Below, one piece after another: positions 28,687 to 37,877 of a stretch of 64,000 bases of DNA. Below the pieces are notes generated by a model that worked only from the letters and a program-made list of their open reading frames with translations, was not told the DNA's origin and did not search any database. Each line of letters begins with the position of its first letter. Position 1 is the stretch's first letter. A program made the translations under genes and the position numbers. Origin of the DNA: Candidatus Eiseniibacteriota bacterium (GTDB lineage Bacteria; Eisenbacteria; RBG-16-71-46; CAIMUX01); the NCBI GenBank assembly GCA_963833505.1, contig CAWHYG010000004.1, positions 223,025 through 287,024 on the forward strand, read 5' to 3'.

Positions 28687-29709
28687 ATGGTCCTGAAAGA
28701 CATCCCCATCGGCATCGGCACCTGGGCGTGGGGCGATCGGCGCTTCTGGGGCTACGGCCGATCCTACGGGGAACAGGATCTCAAAGAGGCGTTCGACGCG
28801 GCTCTGTCCTCGGGAGTGCGCTGCTTCGACACCGCCGAGACTTATGGGCAGGGGCAATCGGAGACCTTGCTGGGCTGTTTTCTTCAGGAGCCCCGCGAGT
28901 CTGGCGAATCCAGCGCGTCCGGCAAGTCTGGCAAGTCGGGCGCGTCCACCGGGTCCGGCAAGGCCGGCGGGTCCGGCGAATCCAGCGCGTCCGGCATGGC
29001 CAGCGAGTCCGGTCAATCCGTCTACGTCGCCACGAAGTTCATGCCCTTTCCCTGGAGGATCAGCGCCTCTTCCCTCGCCCACGCGCTGCGGCGAAGCCTG
29101 ACACGGCTTGGTCTCGCGCACGTCGATCTGTACCAGATCCACTGGCCGATGCCGCCGCGTCCTCCCGAGTCGTGGATGGAGCCGCTGGCCCGGGCGGTCG
29201 AGCAGGGACTGATCCGCGAGGTCGGCGTCAGCAACTACAGCGCCGCGCAGACGCGCCGCGCGCAGGAAGCTCTGGCGCGGCATGGAATCCCGCTCGCTTC
29301 CAATCAGGTCGAATACAACCTGGCCCAGCGCAAGATCGAGCGGAACGGCGTGCTCGAGACCTGCCGGAACCTCGGAGTTCGTGTCATCGCCTACAGCCCG
29401 CTGGCCATGGGCGTCCTTTCCGGCAAGTACACGCCGGAGAATCCGCCGTCCGGAGCCCGCGCCTTCCTCTACCGGAAGGGCAAGCTGCGGAGGATGCGCC
29501 CCTTGCTCGAGTTGCTGGCCGAGATCGCCCGTTCCCGGGGTCGGACCTCGAGCCAGGTGGCTCTGAACTGGCTGATGCAGAAAGGAACCCTTCCGATTCC
29601 CGGCGTCAAGAACGCCGCTCAGGCCACCGAAGTCGCCGGCGCGCTGGGCTGGTCGCTGACCCGGCCTGAATTGGAGCGCCTCGACGCCGCCAGCAGCGCG
29701 TTTGGGTAA
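28687..29709 (+). CDS. Aldo/keto reductase carrying a roughly 40-aa Gly/Ser-rich low-complexity insertion
   Basis: The N-terminus 'IGIGTWAWGDRRFWGYG...FDTAETYGQG' and the C-terminus 'IPGVKNAAQATE' are canonical AKR. The insert is 'ESGESSASGKSGKSGASTGSGKAGGSGESSASGMASESGQS'. Confidence 0.85.
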   Translation: MVLKDIPIGIGTWAWGDRRFWGYGRSYGEQDLKEAFDAALSSGVRCFDTAETYGQGQSETLLGCFLQEPRESGESSASGKSGKSGASTGSGKAGGSGESSASGMASESGQSVYVATKFMPFPWRISASSLAHALRRSLTRLGLAHVDLYQIHWPMPPRPPESWMEPLARAVEQGLIREVGVSNYSAAQTRRAQEALARHGIPLASNQVEYNLAQRKIERNGVLETCRNLGVRVIAYSPLAMGVLSGKYTPENPPSGARAFLYRKGKLRRMRPLLELLAEIARSRGRTSSQVALNWLMQKGTLPIPGVKNAAQATEVAGALGWSLTRPELERLDAASSAFG

Positions 29710-29812
29710 CGCCCGGCCTCCGTGCTATCCTACCGCCACTTCGACTTTACGATCACAAGTCTCGGCGTGATGGAATCGAGGCGACCTCTGTCATGGTGAT
29801 GAAAGGAAGCTG

Positions 29813-30655
29813 ATGGCCGTCGTCGCGCAGGTGCTCGGGATCGCGCAGGACGGGGGGCTCCCGCAGGCGGGCTGCGATTGCCGCAACTGCGCGGCGGTCC
29901 GCCGGGGAGAGCTGCCGCGCCGCCACGTCGCCTGCCTCGCCTTGATCGACGACCGTGAACCCGGAGCCTGGATCATCGACGTCACGCCCGATTTTCCGGA
30001 ACAGCTTCACGCGCTGCGCGAGGCGGCGCCGGGGATTCCGCTTCGCGGCGTCCTGATCACCCATGCGCACATGGGACACTATGCCGGCCTCATCCACCTG
30101 GGCCGCGAGTCCATGAACACGCGCGGGCTGCCCCTCTACGCGGCCGACTCCTGCCGGCGGTTTCTGGAAACCAACGGCCCCTGGTCCCAGTTGATTCGGA
30201 TCGGAAACGTCGCGCCGGTCGCGGTCCCTTTCGAGGAGCCGATCCGTCTGACCGCGGATCTCTCGATCGAGGCGGTGCCCGTTCCCCATCGGGCTGAATA
30301 CAGCGAGACCGTGGCCTATCGAATCCAGGGGCCCGCCCGGACGCTTTTCTACTGCCCGGACATCGATCGGTGGGACGCGTGGGACCGCGATCTCCGCGAG
30401 TTTGTGGGCGGCATCGACGTGGCTGTGCTCGACGGCACCTTCTACGATTCGGCCGAGCTGCCGGAGCGGAATCGGTCCGAGATCCCGCATCCGCCCGTCG
30501 TGGACACCGCCCGCGCCCTGCGCGGCGTGGCCACGGAGATTCGTTTCACGCACCTGAATCACACGAATCCGCTTCACTGCGAGGGAGCGGAACGCAGTTC
30601 GCTCCGGGAGACCGGTTTCGACGTCACCGCCGAGGGCCAGACATGGACGCTGTGA
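29813..30655 (+). CDS. MBL-fold metallo-hydrolase, PqqB-like
   Basis: 'LGIAQDGGLPQAGCDCRNC' N-terminus and the 'HAHMGHYAG' metallo-beta-lactamase motif. No other pqq genes are nearby. Confidence 0.7.
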   Translation: MAVVAQVLGIAQDGGLPQAGCDCRNCAAVRRGELPRRHVACLALIDDREPGAWIIDVTPDFPEQLHALREAAPGIPLRGVLITHAHMGHYAGLIHLGRESMNTRGLPLYAADSCRRFLETNGPWSQLIRIGNVAPVAVPFEEPIRLTADLSIEAVPVPHRAEYSETVAYRIQGPARTLFYCPDIDRWDAWDRDLREFVGGIDVAVLDGTFYDSAELPERNRSEIPHPPVVDTARALRGVATEIRFTHLNHTNPLHCEGAERSSLRETGFDVTAEGQTWTL

Positions 30656-30772
30656 AAGCGATCGGAGAAATCGAAGAAGCGGTCGTTGTGCCGGTGATCG
30701 GACACGCCGGAGGGACGACTGTCCGTCTGGTCCGTCCCGGAGACATGGGCTCGTGGATCAATCGGGGGGACC

Positions 30773-30949
30773 ATGAATAGACAGCTCGCGAGCCTGCTCT
30801 TTCTCGGAGTGTGCATCGTTCTGGCGGTGCTCCTGATCGGCAAGCTCATCAGTTTGGTCGTGAGCTCGGCGATCTTCGCCGTGGCTCTCGCCGTTCTGGG
30901 CGGGCTTTCGCGCGGATTCCGGCGCGGCGGCCGTGTGAGGAGGTCTTGA
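30773..30949 (+). CDS. Small membrane protein (58 aa) immediately upstream of the flotillin gene. Not on the provided ORF track.
   Basis: ATG at 30773 after a GGGGGGA run, two hydrophobic helices, and a stop that lies inside the flotillin RBS. Could be an NfeD-like flotillin partner or spurious. Confidence 0.35.
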   Translation: MNRQLASLLFLGVCIVLAVLLIGKLISLVVSSAIFAVALAVLGGLSRGFRRGGRVRRS

Positions 30950-30950
30950 A

Positions 30951-33050
30951 ATGAACCCGGCGATTCATGTCTCAGTGCTACCGGCCGTGATCGGCGTCGG
31001 CCTCTTCCTGTTTCTGTTCGGATGGGTCTTCCCGTCGATCCGGCGCATCGGTCCGACGGAGATGGGCGTGCTGATCCGCCGCTTCGGGGCCAGGCTTCCC
31101 GGTGAGAACCTGATCGGTTTCCGGGGCGAGGCCGGATATCAGACCGAGATCAAGATGCCGGGTTGGCGGTTCGCCTCCTGGTTCCTCTTTTCCCTTCGGA
31201 AGGAGCCCTGGCCCTCCGTGCCGGCCGGCGAGATCGGACTGGTCTATGCCCAGGTGGGCACGCTTCCGCCGCAGGGCGCCAAGACTGCCTCGTACAAGAA
31301 CAGCTTCGGGAACTTCACCGACGTCCGGGCGTTTGTCGATGGAGGCGGCGAGAAGGGCGTTCAGAGGATGGTCCTTCCGCCGGGGTCGCTTCTGCCCATC
31401 CATCCGGTTGCCTTTCTCGTGATCACGAAGCGGCGCGTCTACGGCATTCCCATGTCGCCCGACCTGGTCGAGGCGGCCCGCCATACCGGTGGCCGGCTCA
31501 CCCTGGCGGCATTCAAGAGCGCTCGCGGGGACAACTCGTCCCTCAAGCCGGAGGACCTGGACGTCACGATCATCGCGCCCCGGACGGTCAAGACTGAGGA
31601 TGAGTTCGACGAGGAAGTGGACGAGTCCGGCAAGGTCCTGCGCAAGCTGATCCATAAGGGAGGCGCCGACAAGGTGATCGACATGGTCGGCGTGGTGCGC
31701 ACGCTGGAAGGCCCGCCGCTCGATCCCAACGACATGGCCTGCCGTCTGGGCGGATTCAACGACATCGCGGAGGCCGAAAAACACGGGCGGCCGGATTCCG
31801 AGGTCATCGAGCTCCTTCTCGGTTCGCAGAACCTCAAGCACAACAACTACCAGAACTACCAGGGGTTCCTGGACGCGGGCGGACGGATGGGACTCCAGCA
31901 CGATCCGCTGCTCTACGGGGCCTACAACCTGAACCCCTACTGCGTCACGGTCGAGCTCGTGCCCATGCTCGTGGTCGAGCAGGGCCAGGTCGCGGTCGTC
32001 AAGTCCTACGTCGGCCTGCCCACCGTGGACACGAGCGGATCGGAGTTCAAGTTCGGGTCCATCGTGAAACCGGGCCACCGGGGCATCTGGGCCGAGCCTC
32101 TGCGGACGGGGAAGTACCCGGTCAATCCCCACATCTATCAGTGGGAGATCGTCCCCACCTCGATTTTGACCCTGAACTGGGCCAAGGCCTACAGCCGGGC
32201 GCACATGCTCGATCGCAACCTCAAGGCGATCCACGCCCGGACCAGCGACGGCTTCGAATTCGACATCGATCTGCAGGTCCAGATCCATGTCGCCGACACC
32301 AAGGCGCCGCTTGTCATCTCCATGGTCGGGACGATGTACAACCTGGTCAACGAGCTGCTTCAGTCCGCGGTCGGGAACCATTTCCGCGACAAGCTGCAAT
32401 CCATGAAGGGAGTGGAGTTCATCATCACGCGCCAGCTCATCCAGGAGCAGGCCAATCAGCACATCACCCAGCACCTCGTCCTCTATCAGGTCGAGACCAA
32501 GGGGGTCTACATCCAGGACGTGGTCATGCCTACCGACCTGGTCGACGTCCTGAAGAACCGGGCCCTGGCGATCCAGCAGAAGGAAACGTACGACCAGCAG
32601 CGGATCGCCCAGGATGCCCGGATCCAAATGGAGAAGCAGACCGGGATGGCCGACCGCCAGAAGGACCTCGCTTCGTCCGAGGTCGCGGTCAAGATCGCGG
32701 AGAACGACGCCATGGCGCTGACCCACAAGGGCCAGGGCGAGGCCTCCTACCTCGCGCAGGTCGGCGAAGCCAAGGGAGTCGAGCCGCGGTCGGTCGGGCT
32801 GGCCAACGCCGACGCCTACTCGGCCCAGGTCCGGGCTCTCGGCCCCCTGAACACTGCTCTGGTCAACATCGCCACCGCCCTCACCTCGGGCAGCCAGAAG
32901 TTCGTCCCGGAGGTGCTCGTCACGGGAGGAGGCGGCTCGGTCGAGGGTCTGGCCGCGGTTCTTACGAAGACCTTGATGGGCGGCGGCAGGCCGGGATCGG
33001 CGCCCGCCGCCACGGAGGCGCCGGTGGCGACGGAGAGCGCGCCGGCGTGA
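30951..33050 (+). CDS. SPFH/band-7 flotillin-like membrane protein
   Basis: 699 aa with an N-terminal TM and an SPFH region ('...PMLVVEQGQVAVVKSYVGL...') followed by a long Ala/Gln-rich flotillin-type coiled-coil C-terminus. Confidence 0.75.
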   Translation: MNPAIHVSVLPAVIGVGLFLFLFGWVFPSIRRIGPTEMGVLIRRFGARLPGENLIGFRGEAGYQTEIKMPGWRFASWFLFSLRKEPWPSVPAGEIGLVYAQVGTLPPQGAKTASYKNSFGNFTDVRAFVDGGGEKGVQRMVLPPGSLLPIHPVAFLVITKRRVYGIPMSPDLVEAARHTGGRLTLAAFKSARGDNSSLKPEDLDVTIIAPRTVKTEDEFDEEVDESGKVLRKLIHKGGADKVIDMVGVVRTLEGPPLDPNDMACRLGGFNDIAEAEKHGRPDSEVIELLLGSQNLKHNNYQNYQGFLDAGGRMGLQHDPLLYGAYNLNPYCVTVELVPMLVVEQGQVAVVKSYVGLPTVDTSGSEFKFGSIVKPGHRGIWAEPLRTGKYPVNPHIYQWEIVPTSILTLNWAKAYSRAHMLDRNLKAIHARTSDGFEFDIDLQVQIHVADTKAPLVISMVGTMYNLVNELLQSAVGNHFRDKLQSMKGVEFIITRQLIQEQANQHITQHLVLYQVETKGVYIQDVVMPTDLVDVLKNRALAIQQKETYDQQRIAQDARIQMEKQTGMADRQKDLASSEVAVKIAENDAMALTHKGQGEASYLAQVGEAKGVEPRSVGLANADAYSAQVRALGPLNTALVNIATALTSGSQKFVPEVLVTGGGGSVEGLAAVLTKTLMGGGRPGSAPAATEAPVATESAPA

Positions 33051-33084
33051 GCTGACCGCGAAAGGACGTTTTTTCAACGGTCCG

Positions 33085-33237
33085 TGGGGGCGAGCTCCTA
33101 CGGGAAAGGGCCGCTCCGGCTCAAACAGACGGCGGGCGCCGCGCCGAAGTTTTCCAGGACGAACCGCCCGATGCGGGCGGCGCCTGCCGTAACTCGCCGG
33201 CGCGGCCCTTTCCCTGCGGACCTCTCAGAATGGCCTT
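33085..33237 (-). repeat. MITE-like repeat element, copy B, in inverted orientation relative to copy A at 4905..5048
   Basis: The reverse complement aligns with 4905..5048 at about 85% identity, including both terminal inverted repeats. It is intergenic, between the flotillin gene and thrS. Confidence 0.6.
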
Positions 33238-33347
33238 GATGGTTCCGAATTCCGCATTCACGCCAACTGCCCGGTTCCCTCTGAGCCCGGATCCCGCTAA
33301 CATGACCCGATCCATCGGGCAGGTTATCGGGCAGATCGGAGGAATCC

Positions 33348-35183
33348 ATGCAGGACACGGAGATCGCCCAAGGGGCGGCGAAACTCACCCCGGAAGAAGA
33401 ACGCCTCTACCGGATCCGCCACTCCCTCGCCCACGTCATGGCGCAGGCCGTGCTGAGCCTTCATCCCGACACCAAGCTCGGGTTCGGCCCGCCGGTGGAC
33501 AACGGCTTCTACTATGACTTCGACTTCTCCGAGCCGATCACGGCCGAGGAGCTTCCCGAGATCGAAAAACGGATGCGGCGGATCATCCAGGAGAAGCAGC
33601 CCTTCGCCCGCACCGACATGGCGCCCGCCGAGGCGCAGGCGCGGATCGCGACCATGGGGCAACCCTTCAAGGAGGAGGCGGCCCATGATCTCGCCGCCGG
33701 CGGCGTGACCACGATCTCGTTCTACGAGAACGGGCCGTTTGTCGACATGTGCGAAGGCCCTCATCTGAACCACACCGGCGAGATCCCGGTGGAGGCCTTC
33801 AAGCTCGATTCCATCGCCGGGGCCTATTGGCGGGGCAGCGAAAAGAACAAGATGCTGACCCGGATCTACGGCCTGGCCTTCGCCGCCAAGGAGGAGCTGA
33901 AGCAGTATCTGGAACGCCGCCGGCTCGCGCAGGAGCGCGATCACCGGAAGCTCGGGCGCGAGCTGGATCTCTTTCACATCGATGACGAGGTCGGGAAGGG
34001 CCTCATCCTCTGGCTGCCCAAGGGAACGGTGCTGCGCGACGAGGTCGAGACGCTGGCCAAGGAGACGGAGTTCCGCTACGGCTATCAGCGCGTGTCCAGC
34101 CCCGTCCTGGCCCGCCAGGAGCTGTACTACCGGAGCGAGCATCTCCCCTATTTCAAGGACAGCATGTTTCCGCCGCTCGAGCTGGAAGAGGAAGACGAAG
34201 CCGGCGGACGCCGGAAGGAGGTCTATTACCTCCGGCCGATGAACTGTCCGCACCATCACAAAATCTACGCGGCGCGCCCACGCTCCTACCGCGAGCTGCC
34301 GCTCCGGCTGGCGGAGTACGGCCTCTGCCACCGCTACGAGAAGTCGGGCGAGCTTTCCGGGCTCCTGCGCGTTCGCGGCTTCACCATGAACGACGCGCAC
34401 ATCTACTGCACGGCCGAACAGCTTCAAGAGGAGGTCTTCTCCCTGCTCCGGATGTACCAGGAGCTGTACGCCGTGTTCGAGTACGACCGCTGGGACATCC
34501 GGCTGTCGCTTCATGATCCCGCGCGGAAGGACAAATATCACTCCGATGAGCGGCTCTGGCAGGAGTCGGAGTCGGCCTTGCGGGCGGCGCTCGACGCCAA
34601 GGGTCTCAAGTACTGGATCGGCGAGGACGAAGCCGCCTTCTACGGTCCCAAGATCGACATCCAGTTCTACAATCTTCTCGGCCGCGGCGAGACCGTCTCG
34701 ACGATCCAGATCGACTATCTGGCGGCGAAGAAGTTCGAGCTGCGCTACGTGGACGAGCACGGCGAGGAAAAGCCGCCCATCGTCATCCACCGGGCTCCGC
34801 TTTCCGCGCACGAGCGGATCGTGGCCTACCTGATCGAGCACTACGGCGGCGCCTTCCCCACCTGGATGGCGCCGGTGCAGGTCCGCCTGGTCACGATCTC
34901 GGACGATCTTCTGCCCTACGCCGACAAGCTGGCGGAGGAGCTGCGGAAGGACCAGATCCGCGTCGAAGTGGATCGGTCCTCGCATTCCTTCAACAAGAAG
35001 ATCCGGAACGGAACGATCGAGAAGCTCCCGATCCTGCTCGTGATCGGACGCAAGGAGGCCGAGGAGGGGACGGTCACGATCCGCCGCTACCAGATCAAGC
35101 AGCAGGAGACGGTTTCCTTCGACGAGTTTCATACCGAGCTGCTCGAGGAGATCGCGGACCGGAAGCACGTCAAGCCGGAGTGA
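33348..35183 (+). CDS. thrS: Threonine--tRNA ligase
   Basis: 611 aa with 'RHSLAHVMAQAV' (editing/second additional domain), a class II core ('YYLRPMNCPHH') and a C-terminal anticodon-binding domain. Confidence 0.9.
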   Translation: MQDTEIAQGAAKLTPEEERLYRIRHSLAHVMAQAVLSLHPDTKLGFGPPVDNGFYYDFDFSEPITAEELPEIEKRMRRIIQEKQPFARTDMAPAEAQARIATMGQPFKEEAAHDLAAGGVTTISFYENGPFVDMCEGPHLNHTGEIPVEAFKLDSIAGAYWRGSEKNKMLTRIYGLAFAAKEELKQYLERRRLAQERDHRKLGRELDLFHIDDEVGKGLILWLPKGTVLRDEVETLAKETEFRYGYQRVSSPVLARQELYYRSEHLPYFKDSMFPPLELEEEDEAGGRRKEVYYLRPMNCPHHHKIYAARPRSYRELPLRLAEYGLCHRYEKSGELSGLLRVRGFTMNDAHIYCTAEQLQEEVFSLLRMYQELYAVFEYDRWDIRLSLHDPARKDKYHSDERLWQESESALRAALDAKGLKYWIGEDEAAFYGPKIDIQFYNLLGRGETVSTIQIDYLAAKKFELRYVDEHGEEKPPIVIHRAPLSAHERIVAYLIEHYGGAFPTWMAPVQVRLVTISDDLLPYADKLAEELRKDQIRVEVDRSSHSFNKKIRNGTIEKLPILLVIGRKEAEEGTVTIRRYQIKQQETVSFDEFHTELLEEIADRKHVKPE

Positions 35184-35227
35184 TCGAGTCGGGCTGACCC
35201 GGCCGCGCGGAGGCGGAGGTCTCATCC

Positions 35228-36310
35228 ATGACTGATCCTGGACCGCGCGACGACCTGACCGACGTCCCGGGCTTTCGCGCCGGCAGCGCGGAGGACCCCG
35301 AAGCCGGCACCGGGTGCACCGTCATTCTCTGTCCCCCGGACGGCGCGGTGGGAGGCGTCGATCAGCGCGGCGGCGCTCCCGGTACCCGCGAGACCGATCC
35401 GCTTCGCCCGCTCCACCTCGTCGAACGCTGCCATGCCGTGCTCCTGACCGGCGGAAGCGCGTTCGGCCTCGACGCGGCCGGCGGAGTCGTCCGCTATCTC
35501 GAGCGTCTCGGTGTCGGCTTCGACACGCGGGCAGCGCGGGTCCCCATCGTTCCCGCGGCGGTGCTCTACGATCTCGCGTTCGGCCGATCCGATGTGCGTC
35601 CGGATTCCGACATGGGGCAAGACGCCTGTCGTGAGGCCGAGCGCGGTGCACCGGTGCGCCAAGGCAACGCCGGCGCGGGCTGCGGCGCGACCGTAGGGAA
35701 GATCTTCGGCCTCGACCGCGCGAGCAAAGGAGGGCTCGGCTCGGCCTCCGATCAGGTCGCGCCGGGCTTGTTCGTCGGGGCGATCGCGGCGGTCAACGCG
35801 TTCGGAGACGTGGTTGATCCAGCCAGCGGTGAGATCATGGCGGGAGCGCGGGGGCCCTCGGAAGGCCCGCTTTGGGCGGACACGGTCGAAGTCATGCGCA
35901 GACAGGGGGGCATCCGCGGGTTTGACCGCGATCCGGCATCAACCTCCGTAACCTCCGCCGGAGGCGCCGGGACGACGGCGCATGCCGGCACCGACCAACC
36001 CGAGCCCCGGGGCACCAGCACCGTTCTCGTGGTCGTCGCGACGAATGCCCGGTTGGACAAGGAAGGGGCCAACATCCTCGCGCTCATGGCCGGCGCGGGC
36101 ATGGCCCGGACCGTGCGCCCGGTCCACACGTCGGTCGACGGCGACATCGTCTTCGCGTTGGCGGCGGGAGATCGCGCGTGCGACGTCAACCTGCTTGGAG
36201 CCGCCGCGGCGGATGTGGCGGCCCGAGCCATCGTGGCGGCGGTGACGCGCGCGGAGAGCCTGCACGGCGTGCCGTGCGCTCGCGAGGTGAGGGCGTCGCG
36301 GTCCGTCTGA
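35228..36310 (+). CDS. P1/S58 family peptidase (DmpA/L-aminopeptidase D-Ala-esterase family)
   Basis: 360 aa with 'VPGFRAGSAED...GTGCTVILCP' and 'LLTGGSAFGLDAAGGVVRYLE', typical of the S58/DmpA fold. Confidence 0.75.
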   Translation: MTDPGPRDDLTDVPGFRAGSAEDPEAGTGCTVILCPPDGAVGGVDQRGGAPGTRETDPLRPLHLVERCHAVLLTGGSAFGLDAAGGVVRYLERLGVGFDTRAARVPIVPAAVLYDLAFGRSDVRPDSDMGQDACREAERGAPVRQGNAGAGCGATVGKIFGLDRASKGGLGSASDQVAPGLFVGAIAAVNAFGDVVDPASGEIMAGARGPSEGPLWADTVEVMRRQGGIRGFDRDPASTSVTSAGGAGTTAHAGTDQPEPRGTSTVLVVVATNARLDKEGANILALMAGAGMARTVRPVHTSVDGDIVFALAAGDRACDVNLLGAAAADVAARAIVAAVTRAESLHGVPCAREVRASRSV

Positions 36311-36452
36311 CCTTGCCTTTCACTCACCGCCGTTTCGGGTGTCACGTATGCCCCGTATAGGCCGGCATAGACGTCCGGCCCGGGCGCCATCGCGGCCAGG
36401 CCGACGAGCTGGAAGGGCACGAATTGACCCGGGGAATGGCTCCGCCATGGTC

Positions 36453-37877
36453 CTACCGCACGAGGGTCGCGGGTGCGGACCACCGGCGTCCGGCGGCATC
36501 GGTCACGACCAGGAAGTACCGGCCCGCGGGCGCGGGTCCGCCCCGGCTGTTCCGGCCGTCCCAGGTGATGGTGGTCCCGCCGGCCGGCACCGGGCCGAGA
36601 GCCCAGGACTGGACCGGGATTCCGAGGACATCGATCACCCGGGCCTGCATCCAGCCGGCGGAGGGCACGCGCAGGTCCCAGGTGATCCGGTCGCGGCTGG
36701 GATTCGGGTGGCCGGGGGAGAGGACAAGGCTTGTGATCCCGTGCGCCGGCTCGGGAGCCGAGGAGGCCGTGCAGCCCTGCCCCCGGGCACCGATCAACTG
36801 CTGGCACGGGCTGTTCTGCGGCAGGCATGGGGAGATGTTGGTCAGGGTCCAGTCGCCGTCCGTCGTTTGCGAGCAGGCTACAGGACCGCAAAACTCCGGG
36901 TCGGTGTAGACGCAGTGGGCGTCGTATTGGATGGCGACGCCATCCCACGAGTACATGCTTGTGGTATCTACGTCGCTGCAGGCGAAAGCGGCTCCATTCA
37001 TGGCTGCCCACAGCTCGCCGCCCTGCTCGGGTGCGCAGTTTCCCCAGAGTATGCACCGTGTGAGCATCGCTTTTTGGTTTGTTTCCACGCCGCCGCCGAT
37101 GGTGCTCGAAACGTTCGCGGTGATCGTGCATCCGGAGAGGGCGTCGCCGTCGTAACCGTCCGCGAAGCATACGCCTCCCCCGCCGCCTTCTCCAGCTCGG
37201 TTCCCCGAGATCAGGCAGTTCGTGATCCGAACGTCGATGTTGAATCGGGTCAGGATCCCTCCGCCGCCATCATCTGCCTTGTTTCCGCTGATCACGCAGT
37301 GGTCCACCACCCCGCCAAAGTCGAGCAAACAGATTCCCCCTCCGTCGTAGGCGTGGCAGTCGAGGATCCGGCACTGTGAGATCGTCGGCCCGCTGGCCTC
37401 GCAGAGAATGCCTCCGCCATCGGGGTAGTTGTCATCGTTAAGTCCGGTGCCGTTCTCGATCGTGAGGTTTTCGATCCGCGAATGGGAGCCCTCCCACTCA
37501 TGCACCCAGAATCCGCGCCCGAGACCCTGGCAGTCGAGGATGGTCTGACCGGCGCCTCCACCCGAAGTCACATCTACAGCTAGGCCGTGGAGCTCGATGT
37601 CCCGGTTGCCGGGGCCGGAATAGGTCCCCGGAGCGATGAGCACGATGTCTCCATCGACGCTGCTGTTGATCGCCGCCTGGATGGTCGGGTAGTCGCCGGG
37701 AACGTGCCGCACGGTCGCGTCCGCCCGGCTTGCGAGACCCGCAAACCCGAGCAGCGCGGCGATGGAACGGACGAGGAACAAGGACCGGGACGATCGAGGG
37801 ATACCGGCGAGGGCGTTCATGGCATGCCTCCGAGAAGCCGTGCGCCCAGACGGCACCGGGCGCACGGCTCTCTTCAT
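36453..37877 (-). CDS. Secreted right-handed beta-helix (pectate-lyase-like) repeat protein with a FlgD-Ig/T9SS-like C-terminal domain
   Basis: Signal peptide, 'NCxISGNxA..GGG' parallel beta-helix repeats, and a C-terminus '...GRYFLVVTDAAGRRWSAPATLVR'. It is a paralog of 62560..63978. Confidence 0.75.
   Translation of the reverse strand: MKRAVRPVPSGRTASRRHAMNALAGIPRSSRSLFLVRSIAALLGFAGLASRADATVRHVPGDYPTIQAAINSSVDGDIVLIAPGTYSGPGNRDIELHGLAVDVTSGGGAGQTILDCQGLGRGFWVHEWEGSHSRIENLTIENGTGLNDDNYPDGGGILCEASGPTISQCRILDCHAYDGGGICLLDFGGVVDHCVISGNKADDGGGGILTRFNIDVRITNCLISGNRAGEGGGGGVCFADGYDGDALSGCTITANVSSTIGGGVETNQKAMLTRCILWGNCAPEQGGELWAAMNGAAFACSDVDTTSMYSWDGVAIQYDAHCVYTDPEFCGPVACSQTTDGDWTLTNISPCLPQNSPCQQLIGARGQGCTASSAPEPAHGITSLVLSPGHPNPSRDRITWDLRVPSAGWMQARVIDVLGIPVQSWALGPVPAGGTTITWDGRNSRGGPAPAGRYFLVVTDAAGRRWSAPATLVR

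Noticed and set aside
30978-35225. Two long - strand ORFs (699 aa and 633 aa)
   Set aside because: Antisense to the flotillin gene and thrS respectively.
35752-37170. 472-aa - strand ORF
   Set aside because: Overlaps the S58 peptidase (opposite strand) and the beta-helix gene (other frame). No domains.
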